Source: Octopus vulgaris (Eukaryota). Taken from it: a stretch of DNA of 64,000 nt. Shown here piece by piece: positions 1-13,246 of the stretch. The notes below the pieces were generated by a model. That model was given only the letters and a program-made list of their open reading frames with translations. It was not told where the DNA came from and ran no database searches. Numbering within the stretch: position 1 is the first letter of the stretch; each line of letters opens with the position of its first letter. The stretch spans positions 90,148,001 to 90,212,000 of the forward strand of contig OX597818.1 in the NCBI GenBank assembly GCA_951406725.2, written 5' to 3'. Both the position numbers and the translations under genes were made by a program.

Positions 1-131
1 TACTGCTTGGAACTGCTCGAATACTCCGGAAGGTGCTCGAAAAATAACGGGTGTTACCTTAGTTCACTGGTAGTGAACAGCTGACACCGTAGTACATCTC
101 CAATGTTAGAAGCTGTGCAAAGGCAATAATG

Positions 132-171
<40 letters not shown>

Positions 172-197
172 TAATAATGATAATAATAATAATAATA
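1..197 (+). mobile_element. 3' end of an R4/Dong-like (RLE) non-LTR retrotransposon with (TAA)n tail
   Basis: LLGTARILRKVLEK* C-terminal motif, short UTR, then (TAA)n. Confidence 0.7.
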
Positions 198-258
198 TTT
201 CAGGATTCAGTAAAATAGCTCAAACAGAACAATCTTCACACGCAAGACATCCCCTATA

Positions 259-616
259 CAGTAATACCTCAATTATCGCGGGTGTTACGTTCCAAAATCT
301 CCCGCGATAGGTGAAAATCCGCGAAGTAGAAACAGTACTAAACTGTATATATTTTTTATCATTTTCATAATATGTATATATTTATTTTATTATAAGTGCA
401 GAACAACACCACACACTTACCTTCCAAGTTTCGTTTTCTATATAGTATGTGCGATTCTTTGTTCACTCGTCTTCGGTACACTACGTATTTTCTTTTAATA
501 TATTTATTTTAATTAATGTATAATACAGTGCAGTACTGAACTCTATTTTCATTTAGCAATTTATTAATTTTTATGCGTGAAAACGTTTATTTTACCACAG
601 AAATAATTAAAACGTA

Positions 617-683
<67 letters not shown>

Positions 684-1047
684 ATCGGCCACCGAAACCC
701 GCGATATAGCGAGGAGACCGTGATATAAATTTACATATATCAGGCAAAAAAATTCGCGATGTACTGAGTGCCGTGATATGGTGAGGGAGTACTGTATTTG
801 GAAAATCAGAGCAATTGTCGGTAACTTTCAAGGACCACGAAATGTTGATAAACCAGGTGACATACAAAGCATTACAATGGTCAGTCTACCTATATACAAA
901 CGGCATAAAAACTATAAAGTTTTGTTATACAGTAATAGATCTATATTTGTTTAACTCATTTGATACCAAGCTGCATATATTAGACAGAAAAATCCGCGAT
1001 GTACTGAGTGCGCGATAGGTGAACCGCGATATGGCGAGGGAGTACTG
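259..1047. mobile_element. Tigger/pogo-like MITE with two right ends
   Basis: TA|CAGTAATACCTC left TIR; GAGGGAGTACTG|TA right TIR ending at both 794 and 1047. Confidence 0.65.
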
Positions 1048-1468
1048 TACAACAATCACCCAATATTCTGGAAGGATACATCTCGTACAACATGAACTAT
1101 ACAAGATTAAGGCGCAATGAAATAACACAACTTGCATTACACACACACCACGTACAACAAAACACAAATTAATATAACAAGATTCACGATACCAAACCTC
1201 GTAACAAAACAAAACTGATGCAGTAAACCATCAGGAAGAGTCTACACTCGCCCCAGTTTCCAGTATAAATGTGATGTTGCACACACACACACAAGCGACG
1301 AATAGGTGCACCAATTTGATGCAGTAGAAACTAGCAGGAAACTACTGAAGAAAAAAATCAACAACAACAAAAAGAACCTAACGTACTCATGATTACGATG
1401 ACATTGGCAACAGCGCAGATAATGATGAGATGATGATAAGGAGGAACATGGGAATAGTAGTAGTAGTT

Positions 1469-1517
<49 letters not shown>

Positions 1518-1711
1518 AAGTAGTAGTAATAGTAATAGTAGGAGGTTGACGATGATGATATTGTTTATAATCTCAATTTAGCGTGACATGTTTTCTACGA
1601 GCAGGCTGACTTCCATAATATTCTTATAAAGGTGCAACCTAAACTGTCTGGAGCCTTGCCAAACAAGATTGTTCACCTCCTGAAATATATATATATATAT
1701 ATACGCACACA

Positions 1712-1808
<97 letters not shown>

Positions 1809-1810
<2 letters not shown>

Positions 1811-2229
1811 CGTAGGAGCTGCTGTGTGGTAACTAACTTGCTTACGAACCACATGGTTCCGGGTTCAGTCCCACTGCATGGCACCTTGGGCAAGTGTTTT
1901 CTACTACAGCCTCGGGCCGACCAAAGCCTTGTGAGTGGATTTGGTAGACGGAAACTGAAAGAAGCTCGTCTTATATATGTATATATATATGTATGTGTTT
2001 GTGTATATGTTTATGTGTCTGTGTTTGTCCCCCCACCCAACATCGCTTGACAACCGGTGCAGGTGTGTTTACGTCCCAGTAACTTAGCGGTTAGGCAAAA
2101 GAGAACCGATTGAATGAGTACTAGGCTTACAAAGAATAAGTCCTGGGGTCGATTTGGTCGACTAAAGGAGGTGCTCAGGTATGGCCACAGTCTAAATGAC
2201 TGAAACAAGTAAAAGAGTAAAAAGAGTAT
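1809..2229 (+). mobile_element. tRNA-derived SINE, family A (internal TA/TG microsatellite)
   Basis: Head GGCG(C/T)AGGAG..TGTGTGG with an A/B-box-like region and tail ..GAAACAAGTAAAAGAG; further copies near 3537-3835, 3893-4050(-), 6061-6428, 27575-27830(-), 48500-48720. Confidence 0.85.
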
Positions 2230-2768
2230 CTATCTATCTATCCGCTCAGTCGAAGTCGACTCTCGGTTACTCGTTGGATCAGTGTCCTCCAGTCAGTTCT
2301 ATCCTGGGCCGCTTCTTTCAGATTGGCTATGTCCATTCCGGTATCCCTCTTGATGGTGTCAAGCCAGCGGGTTCTTGGTCGACCTCTTCCTCTCTAGCCA
2401 CTGACCATTCCGAGCATGGTGTCCTTCTCCAGGGAATTTTTCCGCATAACATGACCGAAATATGCCAATCTATGCTTGGTGATCCTAGCTTCTAGCGACA
2501 TTTTCGGCCTGATTTGCTTAAGAACTTCTCCATTGGTGAGCCTCGCTGTCCATGCAATCCGTAAAAGTCTTCTCCAACACCATAGCTCGAATGCATTAAT
2601 TCTCTTCTGGTCAGCTTTCTTTAGTGTCCAGGTTTCGCATCCATATGTTGCTATTGGGAAGATAATTGCATTCACCAATCTGCATTTGGTAGCGAGTCTG
2701 ATGTCTCTACTCTTCCAGACCCTGCTCATGCTGACCATTGCCTTTCTGCCTAGTACTCTGCCTAGTAC
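2230..2768 (-). mobile_element. 5'-truncated RTE-clade LINE with 20-bp target-site duplication
   Basis: ATYGCETWTL..AFELWCWRRLLRIAW..YFGHVMR; TSD TAAAAGAGTAAAAAGAGTAT at 2210-2229 and 2769-2788; (ATAG)n tail. Confidence 0.88.
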
Positions 2769-3227
2769 TAAAAGAGTAAAAAGAGTATATATGTTTGTAT
2801 ATAAAAAGTGAAGAATGGAGTATATGGCATATTTACTCCGTATCTTACAAATCTTTCAACAACACGCAGGTGACCAATCAGACATTACATCTATAGATAA
2901 AAATGACATATTTTCTGTTTGTTTAAAATCTAAATTTCCATAGAAGAAATTTTCCGTTTTAACATTTCTGATAGCTGTCCAGCTCGTGAGTGCTACCTAC
3001 TATTTCACAAACTGCTCTAATTGCTATAACTAAGGCTTGGTCCACCTGATTTTATTTTCTTGTAACATTCTTAATAATTGCACATTTTTTAACGAAATTT
3101 TAGATACGCATTCCAAGGTGTAGTTACAAAGTTGCGGAGGAAGGTATTATTTAAGTTTAAAGACTGTTAATCGAATATATAAAAAAGGCCGCGTGAGGTA
3201 AAGGCCTGGATTATCTAATCCCTCTCG

Positions 3228-3266
<39 letters not shown>

Positions 3267-3269
3267 TTC

Positions 3270-3404
<135 letters not shown>

Positions 3405-3682
3405 GTCTCTTTCTCTCTGTCTCCCTGTCTCCCTGTCTGTCCGTCCGTCCGTCCTTCCGTCTGCATGTCTGTCTGTCTGTCTAGATATCTAGCTGTTTGT
3501 CTATAATGGCAGAATATGGTGATACATTTGGGGGCAGGTAAGAAGCTTGCTTCCCAACCACATGGTTCCAGGTTCAGTCCTACTGTGTGACACCTTAGGC
3601 AAGTATCTCCTACTATAAGCCTTGGGCCGACCAAAGCCTTGTGAGTGGATTTAGTAGACGGAAACTGAAAGAAGCACGTCGT

Positions 3683-3747
<65 letters not shown>

Positions 3748-3837
3748 CGTGTGTGTGTGTGTCTGCTTAAAAAGAAAATAAGCATGGGGTCGATAAATTC
3801 GATTAAAACTTCCTCAAGGCGGTGCCCCAGCATGACA

Positions 3838-3876
<39 letters not shown>

Positions 3877-4094
3877 TACACACACACACACATACGACAG
3901 GCTTCTTTCAGCTCCGTCTACCAAATTTCCTCACAAGGCTTTGGTCGGCACGAAGCTATAGAAGAAGATACTCTCCCAAGGTGCCACGCAGTTGGACTGA
4001 ACCTAGAACCATGTGGTTGGTAAACAGGGCTACTTACCACTCAGCCACTGGCCACCATGTACAAACGCTCAAACCTAGTCTATGTATTTGACAG

Positions 4095-4217
4095 ATATCA
4101 ACGAATGTGAACATCAAAACGGCGGCTGCTCTCAACTGTGCCATAATCTTATTGGAACCCATTTTTGCAGTTGCCAGAATGGCTATCATCTGCAGACTGA
4201 CATGAAAACATGTGAAG
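4095..4217 (+). CDS. Gene A exon: calcium-binding EGF-like domain 1 (gene starts upstream of the window)
   Basis: acag|AT...GAAG|gtaag; 123 bp, phase 1-1; [41 protein letters not shown] fits the 6-Cys EGF_CA consensus. Confidence 0.93.
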
Positions 4218-4349
4218 GTAAGATTCAGATTTTGAACTTGTTGGTTAATATTGTTTTGACATTTATTGCTTTGTTGGCAATCATTGTGACCTTTACTAAC
4301 ACTTTTGGTTATCATTGCCACCTTTACTTATCATGTTAGTTAATGCTTT

Positions 4350-4970
4350 AACCTTTAGTTACCTCGGTGGTTATTCCTATGACGTTTACTAACCCAAATG
4401 ATTATCGCAGTAACCTCTCTTGACGATGGATATCACTACGACCTTTCCTCAAATTGACTACCACTGATTTTGGCTGTCTCTGTGAAATTGACTACCACTG
4501 ATTTTGACTGTCTCTGTGAAATTTACTGACGTTGTTAGTTATAGCTGTGACACTTACTGATCTTGAATATCGCTGTGACCTCTGCTGGCCTTTCATAGTG
4601 CTACGTCCTTTTACTGACCTTGTAGGATATCAATGATCGTCATTGACCTTGTTAGTTATTACTGAGACCTCTGCTGATCTTAGACATTGCTGTGACTTTA
4701 TCGGTCTCGTTGGTTATTGCTGTGACTTTCACTGATCGCGTTAATCTTAACTGTGACGTTTACTAACTTCATTAATTATCGCGGTTACTTCTACTGACCT
4801 TGGAGATCACCTTTAGTGATTGATGTTATTGCTGTGACTTTTATAGTCGTTGTTGGTTACGCTGTGACCTTTGTTGACCTTGGATATTGTTGCAGCGTTT
4901 GGTGATTCATTTATCGCTTTGACTATTACTGACCTTGTTGGTTACGTTGGTTATGTGACCTTTACTGCTT
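4350..4970. repeat. Degenerate intronic minisatellite (~28-35 bp unit)
   Basis: Many variants of GTTATTGCTGTGACCTTTACTGACCTTG. Confidence 0.8.
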
Positions 4971-5084
4971 ATTTCAGAGAAAGAAATGCGCGGGTAAAAA
5001 TTTTAGTACAATTATAAGGTAGCAAGTTGTTATTTGGTGGAGACATTGATGTGTGGTAAAGGCGATCGCTTCACAGCAACTACG

Positions 5085-5149
<65 letters not shown>

Positions 5150-5626
5150 AGCTATGTAGTTAAGAAATTTTATCGCAACCGTGTGATTCCTAGTTCGATC
5201 CCACAATACAGCACACCTGAGGCAAGTATCTTCCGTAATTTGACTAATTGTGTGTAGAATTTAGTAGAATGAAACCGTGCAACATATACACGTTAGCTAT
5301 ATGGTTTAAGAAGTTTTATTCGCAACCATGTGGATCCTAGTTCGACCCCACGCTGCAGCACACCTGAAGCAAATGTCTTCTGCAATGACATTGGATTTGA
5401 CTAATAATTTATACGTAGACTTCGTCGCCTCTTCATCAGTATCATCATCTTTTCTGTCCTTTTCATTATAGTCACATCATACTTTGTACCGTCTGCATAA
5501 TTCTCCCTTTCGTTATTATTCCCCTCTCTATTATTCCCCTTCCTTTCCATCATATCTTCTCATCTGGCTCCTCATCATTAGAATCCTTACCAAGTTAGTC
5601 TTACGAAAATAATGGAATCCTTTCAG

Positions 5627-5749
5627 ATGTCAACGAATGTTTAATGAATAATGGAGGATGTAGCCAGCTATGTTACAATCAACCTGGATCGTTTGTTTGT
5701 TCCTGTGTCCATGGTTTCCAGTTGAGCAAGGATAGCGCCTCATGTGAAG
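5627..5749 (+). CDS. Gene A exon: calcium-binding EGF-like domain 2 (not in the ORF track)
   Basis: tttcag|AT...GAAG|gtaag; 123 bp, phase 1-1; [41 protein letters not shown]. Confidence 0.93.
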
Positions 5750-6174
5750 GTAAGAGAACTTTTCATTTCTTTCGTTTCATTCAAACTTTTTGCCTTCTTC
5801 AGTAAACGAAACATAGGTGATGTATAGCAACATCAGGAATTCAGAGAAAATTGCTTATATTGCTTAGTTCAATTCACTTTCCATTACGAGGGTGAACCAC
5901 ATCTAAAATATTTTGTTGTTCTTATTCCTCAGACGTCGATAAAATAATAACCAGTCAGTTGCGTCCGAAATGAATAATTTTCGAATTACTAACGTTATTT
6001 TAGAGAAGAAATATTTTTCAATGTTTATTGTTAATCTCTACGTTCCGGATAATCATCAACTGTGGTTCAGTCCCACTACGTAGCACCTTGAGCAAGTGTA
6101 TCCCACTGTAGATCCGAACCGACCAAAGCCCTGTGAGTGGATTTGGTAGACGGAAACTGAAAGACGCCCGTCAT

Positions 6175-6227
<53 letters not shown>

Positions 6228-6464
6228 TGTGTATCTGTGTTTGACTCATCCCATCATTGCATGACGACCAATGCTGGTGTGTTTACGACCCCGTAACTTA
6301 GCGGTTGGGCATATGAGATGATAGAATAAGTACTAGGCTTACAAAGAATAAGTCCTAGGGTCGATTTCTTCGACTAAAGGCGTTGCTCCAGTATGGCCGC
6401 AGTCAAATGACTGAAACAAGTAAAAAGGGAAAAGAGATATATAACACAATGAAGATTAGAAATG

Positions 6465-6512
<48 letters not shown>

Positions 6513-6538
6513 CATTCAATTATATATACATTCAAATG

Positions 6539-6591
<53 letters not shown>

Positions 6592-6647
6592 TTGAGTGTG
6601 TGTGTATATATGTATTTAAATATACTTTTTCATTTCTATCTCTCACT

Positions 6648-6708
<61 letters not shown>

Positions 6709-6841
6709 CTAAGCAATAAAGGGTTTGGCAACGAATTGCCTTACCACATACCGAATTTAGAAATAGCAGTCAAAGAGTTATAGCTATTTCTTCTACTACA
6801 CCCTTCATTAATTAATTTCACCCTTCATTATTACGGATAAC

Positions 6842-6873
<32 letters not shown>

Positions 6874-7196
6874 TATTATGCGAGTGTGTGAATGCTTGTG
6901 TAAATGTGTGTGCATATGTGTATAGGTGTGTATAGATAAGAACATAAACATGCGTGTATGCATATATATTTATGCGCGTATGCATCAACATGCATACTAC
7001 ACACAATCTCTCTCCCCCCACACACACATACCCCACACACTGCACATACACATATATTATGTTTCACACTCATATTTTCATACGCACACATGTGTACATA
7101 AATGTGTATACGTATGAGTATGAATGTATACATACATACATACATACATACTTACATACATACATACATACATATATACATACATACGTACGTACA

Positions 7197-7230
<34 letters not shown>

Positions 7231-7292
7231 CATACATACATACATACATACATACAAGCATGTATATATACAGGAAGGGCAACTCAATATAG

Positions 7293-7696
7293 TATATATC
7301 GTTGCTATTATATTAATCTGTCGTATATCCAAATTTGGCCAAATAAGTTTTTTCAGTATTTATTTTTGCTTGCAATAGCTGGTTCTTTTGGTCAAACTAT
7401 CCTATCTCCTGCTGCTTCAGATTCCAAGATACGAAAATTGTCAATGTGTAGTACAACGGTTTAGCATTTTTCAAAAGTATAGTAAGTCCCACTTACGACA
7501 GTTTTGCAAAAATATTCCTGACTGAAAATATTATACTTGGATGGAGTTATGATTTTATGCACCCAAAAAAGTATCATTGTTAAGCTGAACTTGTTGCTAA
7601 TGTAAAAAAGAAATGAATGGTGAAACTATTTTTTCGTTTTCTGAAAAAGCAACGTTTTGGACTTAGGACATTTTTGCATAATAGCAACGATATATA
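7293..7696. mobile_element. TA-flanked MITE
   Basis: TIR TATATATCGTTGCTATTAT (7293-7311) / ATAATAGCAACGATATATA (7678-7696). Confidence 0.65.
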
Positions 7697-8447
7697 TATA
7701 TACATGCATATACATACACGAGCACACACATTCACTCACGTACACATACGCATATATACATACGCATGTGCACTCATTCACACATATACACACACACACG
7801 CATTCCATATATACGCTTCTAGCATTTACTCAGTATACATTAATATGCATATGAGAAATAATTTACATCAATGTGTAAACATTTATCTCATCTTTATATC
7901 TGTGATAGGCAATTCATATATTTATATATTCATATATTTAGGAAAAGGAATTGATATTACCTCTTGGTATAGCTGTTGACATCTCCACTTTTACATATTC
8001 ATCGTGTTGATCTACGAGAAAAAATCCTGTCTATTTTAGAATACATTAATTTAACTAGTAAACGATTAAGTAATATGATATAAATAAGTGTATATATAAG
8101 TTTACAAATATACATTGCCAAGAAAAACCTCAGAGATTTAAAAAGTGAATGCGTGAATGTACTAAAAAATATTAGACAAATATTTATCTGAGATACCGAG
8201 TGAACATATTACGAAATGGATTTGGAGAGGGTGATGTGTAACTCCTCCGTTCATCAAAACCAAAGATGGGAAGTGTGCCGTCGAAATGAAATGAAATAAA
8301 TAAACAACAATACCCATGGCAGTGTCCCAGCAAGGTCACAGCTTCTTGAACAAGTAAAAGGAAAAGCATATATGTTCAGGCATGGCAAAGTAGTTACGAA
8401 GTACGTTATACACATTACTGACTTCTAGACTATCTATACATATAAAA

Positions 8448-8509
<62 letters not shown>

Positions 8510-8965
8510 ACACACATACACACATATATTTATGCATATACAAACATTTTATATGGGACTAATTCATTCGACTAAAAGTTCTTCAAAGCGGTACCCCAGC
8601 ATGGCTGCGGTCTAATGACTGAAGCAGATAAAAGATAAAAGGGAAAAATTAAAGATGAGTCCTGGAGACGATTTGTTCGACTAAAACCATTCAGAGCAGT
8701 TCCCTCAGTATATCTGCAGTTCAATGAATAAAAGAAATAAAAACAAACAAACAAACAACAACAACAACAAGAAAAAACCTGCAAAAAAAAATTAGAAATA
8801 ATACACCAATACCGATGACTCAGCCATGCCACATTCTCTTGATCGAGCAAGTAGAAGCATACATATCTGTAACTGTAAAGTTCTAGATAAGTACGTTGCT
8901 TACAGAAAACGAACTTGGCACTGACTGTTTTGTGGTCTGCTTCAGAAAGCTTTTTCAACTTGAAC

Positions 8966-9258
8966 TTAGTTAGTTAGTTAGTTAGTTAATTTGGCTCAAA
9001 AGCAAATAGCAAGGCCATGTAGGGGGACATGGAGTTAAGTACAGGGTGGTGTTCATGTAAAGAGTTCAGGCCACTTGAGGTCAAGGGAGGCTTTGAATAA
9101 AGCGGCCGTTGGCATCTTCACCATCTCGTCTGGCAGCTTGTTCCACGGATCCGCAACCCGGACGGAGAAAGCTCCTCTCCTTCGATTGAGATGAAATCGT
9201 CGCAGGTAGAGCTTTTCGGAATGACCCCGCAGCCGACGCTCTGGAGCAGGAGTAAACC
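8966..9258 (-). mobile_element. CR1-clade LINE 3' fragment with (TAAC)n tail
   Basis: [32 protein letters not shown], a typical CR1 ORF2 C-terminus. Confidence 0.85.
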
Positions 9259-9303
9259 TGCTGTTAATGCTGTTATTAATGTGTTTGTTTTTATGCTTTT
9301 CAG

Positions 9304-9426
9304 ATGTTGATGAATGTAAAGTGAACAACGGTGGCTGTAATAAGATGTGTAGGAATACTTACGGATCATATTCTTGTAACTGTCCATCTAAACATCAATT
9401 AGGTATCGATGAATCGACTTGCTGGC
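9304..9426 (+). CDS. Gene A exon: calcium-binding EGF-like domain 3
   Basis: ttttcag|AT...TGGC|gtaag; 123 bp, phase 1-1; [41 protein letters not shown]. Confidence 0.93.
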
Positions 9427-9494
9427 GTAAGGATATCTATTCATTCTATAATAATCTACATTAATCCCTTTTCTTTCTGTGTCTCTCCTCTTCC

Positions 9495-9545
<51 letters not shown>

Positions 9546-9549
9546 AAGG

Positions 9550-10680
9550 TAGAAAATGCTAAAATAATTTTATCATAAAAACATTTTAGTACCGGTTTCA
9601 GCTATTGAGACCTTTTCAACTCTAAGTATGGAAAACAATTAAATTTTGGAAAAAATTAAATGAAGGCGCAGGAGTGGCTGTGTGGTAAGTAGCTTGTTTA
9701 CCAACCACATGGTTCCAGGTTCAGTCCCACTGCGTGGCACCTTGAGAAAGTATCTTCTACTATAGACTCGGGCCGACCAAAGCCTTGTGAGTGGATTTGG
9801 TAGACGGAAACTGAAAGAAGCCCGTCGTATATATGTATATATATGTATATGCGTATATGTTTGTGTGTCTGTGTTTGTGCCCCCTAGCATTGCTTGACTA
9901 CCGATGTTGGTTTGTCTATGTCCCCGTCACTTAGCGGTTAGGCAAAAGAGACCGATAGAATAAGTACTGGGCTTACAAAGAATAAGTCCCGGGGTCGAGT
10001 TGCTCGATTAAAGGCGCTGCACCAGCATGGCCGCAGTCTAAATGACTGAAACAAGTAAAAAAAGAAAAAAGAGAGAAAAAAAGAAAAGTTTTTAAAAGAA
10101 TAGTTGCATAGTATTCAAATACAAGGGACATTTTCCTTGTTTCTGCCTGTCTCTGTCTCTCTTTTGACATGCGTGAGGAATGGTTTTATGTAGGTATCTA
10201 CAAAGTTATTGAAGCGGTCGGTTTTGGATGCGGGTCCTGCTATTATAGGTCCCAATTTAGATCCCTAGGAGTAGGGAGTAGGCTCTCCGACAAAGTCTAC
10301 AACTATATTACCAATTTCAAAAGTAAAACTATTCAATTCTTCAGTATTCCCAAGGTACACGAAAGTGAGAAAATAAGTAACATATTCACGAAAGCCACAG
10401 ACATGATAATAAAAGTCCCTACTCCTAATGACCTCAACTTCCTTCCTTGACATCCACAACAAGTCACTTTCAAGGCACTTGAACATTTAGCATCCTACTA
10501 CCCACAAGAGTAAACAAGAAAGATAGAGACAAGCAGAAACAAGGAAAATGCCCCTTGTATTTGAATACTATGTAAATATATTTTTAAAAAACTTTTCATT
10601 TAATTTTCATTTAATTGTTTACCATACTTACAATTGAAAAAGTCTCAATGATTGAAGCCGGTCCTGAAATGTTTTTTTCC
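9550..10680. mobile_element. Penelope-like remnant with inverted terminal repeats, interrupted by a SINE
   Basis: Arms 9575-9662 plus 10083-10165 are inverted copies of 10515-10672; the interior encodes QFFSIPKVHES..PNDLNFLP, resembling the PLE RT FYGLPKIHK..RPI region. Confidence 0.65.
9665..10062 (+). mobile_element. SINE family A, full length
   Basis: High similarity to 1809-2229. Confidence 0.85.
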
Positions 10681-10723
10681 TTTTATTTATTTTACATACA
10701 TATTTATTCAGATATATGTATTT

Positions 10724-10763
<40 letters not shown>

Positions 10764-11025
10764 TTATATAAATAAGGATAAGATCGTTAATTTAAAAATA
10801 AAATAACGATTTTATCAAGTGGTCAGCATGGAAAAAATTCCCTTCAAAGGTAATGATTATTAAAATTATAAATTAGGGTATCTACGAGATACCAACATGC
10901 TGAAAATAGCAGCCATGATCCGACTCTAAAACCAGATCATGGCTGCTATTTTCTGCATGGTGGTATCTCGTAGATACCTAATTTTATTATTTTATATATA
11001 TATATATATATATACATATATTTAA

Positions 11026-11066
<41 letters not shown>

Positions 11067-11113
11067 TAGATATATATGTATATATAAATATATATACATA
11101 TACATATATACAT

Positions 11114-11147
<34 letters not shown>

Positions 11148-11165
11148 TCAAATGGCAAATATGCG

Positions 11166-11231
<66 letters not shown>

Positions 11232-11379
11232 GTGTGTGTGTGTGTGTGTATAACAGACTACAATTGATTTTCTGTTGTAATTACCAGTGTTATTATTGGT
11301 AATTTAAATGAGAGTTCTACTTCTAGCGGGCAGTTATAGTTGTGTTCCATCATGATTGATATGTGTCTATAGCTACACA

Positions 11380-11870
11380 ATGCTATTTTAGGTCGGCAAG
11401 CTGGCCTAAGATTAATCACACCTTTATTTAACTATGTTAGAAGTGACTTTATTTAATCTAAGCAACATTGTAATAATAACCATATTGTGCCATAGAGCAA
11501 GCTGGGCCATATGATTTCTTATTTATATAAACGATATCAGTATTGACTTTAAGGAAGCTAAGCTACTATGTAACAGAAGTCAAGTGGAAATATTGGACAC
11601 CAGGTCAGAGAGTCTGCCGTTTACATTAAACATGTTAGGAGTAACTTTAGCTAAGCTATGAAATAATAGTAACTGTATTGTACTACATAGCAGAACCAGC
11701 CAGATAAGTTCCTCTTTACATTAAACAAGTTAACACTGGTTTTAGGTACGATAAGCTAAACTACTCTATAGTAGTTGCCATACTGTGTTATAGATCTGGT
11801 TGGACCAGGCAATTAGCTCCTTACATTAAGTATTTTTGTAGTGATTTTAGCTTAGCTAAGCTGCTTTATA
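11380..11870. repeat. Degenerate ~115-125 bp tandem repeat
   Basis: Recurring TTACATTAA..AAGCTAAGCT..ACTAT..TAGTAAC blocks; one more unit near 12345-12445. Confidence 0.6.
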
Positions 11871-11939
11871 ATGGATTCAAATTTTTCCACAAGGGCAGCC
11901 ATTTTAGGGAAGGGGATAAGTCTGTTCCTTCTCGAGCCA

Positions 11940-12159
11940 AGACGGACGCCGGTCCGTCGCAGGTGAGCTGCAAGATGCAGGAGGAAAGAGTGAGACAAAG
12001 TTGTGGCGAAAGAGTCAGCAGAAGTTCGCCATTACCTCCTGTCGGAGCTGCATGGAACTTAGGTGTTTCGCTCATACACACAACGCCCGGTCTGAGATTC
12101 GAACCCGCGATCCCTCGACCGCGAGTCCGCTGCTCTAACCACTAGGCCATGTGCCTCCA
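11940..12159 (-). mobile_element. tRNA-derived SINE, family C
   Basis: Minus-strand head GGAGGCACATGGCCTAGTGGTTAGAGCAGCGGACTCGCGGTCGAGGGATCGCGGGTTCGAATC with A and B boxes. Confidence 0.8.
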
Positions 12160-13246
12160 TGGAGGGATAAGTCGATTACATCGACCCCCTCCCCCCAGTA
12201 ATTCACTAGTACTTAGTTTATAGACCCAGAAAGGATGGAAGGCAAAGTCGATCTCGGCGGAATTTGAACTCAGAACATAGCGACGGGCGAAGTACCGCTA
12301 AGCATTTCGTCCAGCGTGCTAACGATTCTGCCAGCTCGCCGCCTTAAACTACTTTGTAATAGTAACCGTAGTGTATACCATAGAGCAAGCTGGGCTAGCC
12401 CCTTACAGTAACCCTGTTAGTAGTGAATTTAACAAAGCTAAGCTGCAACATCATCCTTTCTACTATATAGGCACAGGGCCCAAAATTATGGGGGAGGTGT
12501 AAGTCGGTTACATTGACCCCAGTGCGTAACAGTACTTACTTCATCGGCCCCGAAATAATAAAAGGCAAAGTCGACCTCGTCGGAATTTGAACTCAGAACA
12601 CGAAGATGGACGAAATGCCGCTAAGCATTTCGCTTGGCGTGTTAACGATTCTGCCAGCTCGCCGCCTTTAAGCTGCTATATAATAATAAGCATATTATAT
12701 TATATAAATATGCTGGATTTATTGGCAATTAAAATGCTTTCATTCTTGTACATAATGTGTAACTTTCAGTAACTTTATTTCAGCCTACTGGTGTATGATA
12801 GACCGTAATCTAACCGACTGTATGCCATGCAACCACGGCGAATATCAACCGGATCCAGGAGCTGACAATCAATTCTATCAATGTACCAATGGACTTATGT
12901 ATCTCCTAATGTGCCCACCAGGAACTATTTGGGACCAAAGAGTATGGAAATGTGGTGACAGTAAGTATTGGACATTCCATAATTTTCTTACTGTATGACC
13001 TTTAAAGTAGACACCTATTTCTTTACTACCCACAAGGGGCTAAACACAGAGGGGACAAACAAGGACAGACAAACGGATTAAGTCGATTATCGACCCCAGT
13101 GCGTAACTGGTACTTAATTTATCGACCCCGAAAGGATGAAAGGCAAAGTCAACCTCGGGGGAATTTGAACTCAGAACGTAACGGCAGGCGAAATACGGCT
13201 ACGCATTTCGTCCGGCATGCTAACGTTTCTGCCAGCTCGCCGCCTT
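12160..13246 (-). mobile_element. Three SINE family B copies (12160-12345, 12470-12668, 13015-13246) around the CBM14-1 exon
   Basis: Shared GGCGGCGAGCTGGCAGAA head and GCCGAGGTCGACTTTGCCTTTCATCC core. Confidence 0.8.
12784..12960 (+). CDS. Gene A exon: chitin-binding type-2 (CBM14/peritrophin-A-like) domain 1
   Basis: tttcag|CC...GACA|gtaagt; 177 bp, phase 1-1; PYWCMIDRNLTDCMPCNHGEYQPDPGADNQFYQCTNGLMYLLMCPPGTIWDQRVWKCGD with the FYQC..CPxGTxW..C motif. Confidence 0.9.

Noticed and set aside
12090-12159. tRNA gene
   Set aside because: tRNA-like head of a multi-copy SINE; continues into SINE body without a proper acceptor stem
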